Origin: a virus
Lineage: Duplodnaviria; Heunggongvirae; Uroviricota; Caudoviricetes
Reading direction: 5' to 3' (one strand)
Length of the DNA stretch: 64,000 bases
Virus record (IMG/VR): IMGVR_UViG_2795385584_000001
Location: 21,334 to 85,333 of that record
Part shown: positions 62,957 to 64,000 of the stretch, piece by piece
Numbering within the stretch: position 1 is the stretch's first letter
Layout of the letters: every line of letters starts with the position of its first letter
Notes under the pieces: generated by a model
Database searches by the model: none
The model's input: only the letters and a program-made list of their open reading frames with translations
What the model was told of the DNA's origin: nothing
Translations under genes and position numbers: made by a program

Positions 62957-64000
62957 GTGCCCGCACGACTTCGCCCCGAACTGACCGAACTACCGGCCTA
63001 CACACCGGGCCGAAACGTCCCCGGCGCCATCAAGCTCGCCAGTAATGAGACCGTGCAGGAGCCGCTGCCGAGCGTGCGGGCCGCCCTCGCCGAGGCGGGG
63101 TCGCTGATCAATCGGTACCCCGATAATGGCTACGCCGAGCTGCGCTCGCACCTGGCCAAGCACGTCGACATGCCGCCCGAGCACATCGCGGTGGGGTGCG
63201 GGTCGGTGAGCCTATGCCAGCAGCTGGTCCAGATCACCGCAACGGTGGGCGACGAGGTGCTGTTCGGCTGGCGGTCCTTTGAGACCTATCCGTTGGTGGT
63301 GCGGGTCGCGGGGGCGACTCCGGTGCAGGTACCGCTGGTCGACCACACCTATGACCTCGCCGCCATGGCGGCCGCCGTAACCGACGTCACCCGGCTGATC
63401 TTCGTCTGCAACCCCAACAACCCGACCGGCACCGTGGTGCGGCCCGCCGAACTGCGGCGGTTCGTCGAGTCGGTGCCGCCGCATATCCTGATCGCGATCG
63501 ACGAGGCCTACGTCGAGTACGTACGCGAGGACTTCACCGACAGCCTCGCACTGGTGCGTGAGCACCCCAATGTCGTTGTCTTACGCACCTTCTCAAAGGC
63601 ATACGGCCTGGCGGGGCTGCGAGTCGGCTACGCGGTCGGCGATCCCGATGTGATCACCACACTGGGCAAGGTGTACGTACCGTTCAGCGCGTCGAGCCTG
63701 GCGCAAGCTGCCGCGGTGGCTTCCCTCGGCGCCGCCGAAGAGCTGCTCGCGCGCACCAATGACGTTGTCACCGAACGCGCCCGGGTGACCAGTGCGCTGC
63801 GGGAAGCCGGCTATCAGGTGCCGCCGTCGCAGGCGAACTTCGTGTGGTTGCCGCTGGGCGAGCGCTCCACCGAATTCGCGCAAGCCTCCGCCGAGGCCCG
63901 AATCATTGTGCGCCCCTTTGGAACCGATGGCGTCCGGGTGACCATCGGAGCACCGATGGAAAACGACGCGTTCCTGAAGTTCTCGCGCGCCTGGCGCTAG
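62957..64000 (+). CDS. class I/II PLP aminotransferase (histidinol-phosphate/aromatic aminotransferase-like)
   Basis: 347 aa; LASNETV N-terminus; PLP-lysine region TFSKAYGLAGLRVGY; host gene, complete. Confidence 0.85.
   Translation: MPARLRPELTELPAYTPGRNVPGAIKLASNETVQEPLPSVRAALAEAGSLINRYPDNGYAELRSHLAKHVDMPPEHIAVGCGSVSLCQQLVQITATVGDEVLFGWRSFETYPLVVRVAGATPVQVPLVDHTYDLAAMAAAVTDVTRLIFVCNPNNPTGTVVRPAELRRFVESVPPHILIAIDEAYVEYVREDFTDSLALVREHPNVVVLRTFSKAYGLAGLRVGYAVGDPDVITTLGKVYVPFSASSLAQAAAVASLGAAEELLARTNDVVTERARVTSALREAGYQVPPSQANFVWLPLGERSTEFAQASAEARIIVRPFGTDGVRVTIGAPMENDAFLKFSRAWR

Noticed and set aside
1-64000. CRISPR arrays
   Set aside because: No short regularly spaced direct repeats with unique spacers found. 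The only tandem repeats are the 60-bp coding repeat and the ~150-bp tRNA-like units.
62957-64000. Assigning a specific gene name (hisC2/pat) to the host aminotransferase
   Set aside because: Family is clear but the exact ortholog cannot be decided from sequence alone without a database comparison.

Overview
GC-rich actinobacterial (Mycobacterium-like) DNA. Nearly the whole window (1 to ~62650) is one integrated siphovirus-type prophage, transcribed almost entirely on the minus strand; its left end runs off the window start. Host sequence begins at a tRNA-Arg(ACG)/tRNA-Ser(GCT) pair, followed by a class I/II aminotransferase gene on the plus strand. Minus-strand order from high to low coordinate: a divergent XRE-repressor/Cro-like switch whose repressor 3' end overlaps the tRNA-Arg 3' end; a ParB-like nuclease; a DnaQ-like exonuclease; HNH; a RecE/RecT-like pair; an SPFH protein; many small Zn-ribbon/hypothetical early genes; a DUF5131 + PAPS-reductase-like + DUF4326 trio; a MazG-like protein; an MerR-like protein; a plus-strand 5-gene cassette; a Ro60/TROVE-vWA gene (rsr-like) preceded by a tandem array of tRNA-like (Y-RNA-like) modules; a low-GC membrane/lipoprotein moron; a ParB-methyltransferase; an ATPase-HNH; TerS/TerL; portal; protease; capsid; connector and tail genes; the tail-chaperone G/T pair; a 1569-aa tape measure protein; and minor tail proteins. 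No integrase, lysis cassette or CRISPR array is visible; integrase and lysis genes are presumably beyond coordinate 1. Most plus-strand ORFs in the track are antisense artefacts of high GC. All functional calls rest on motif recognition by eye, not database searches.
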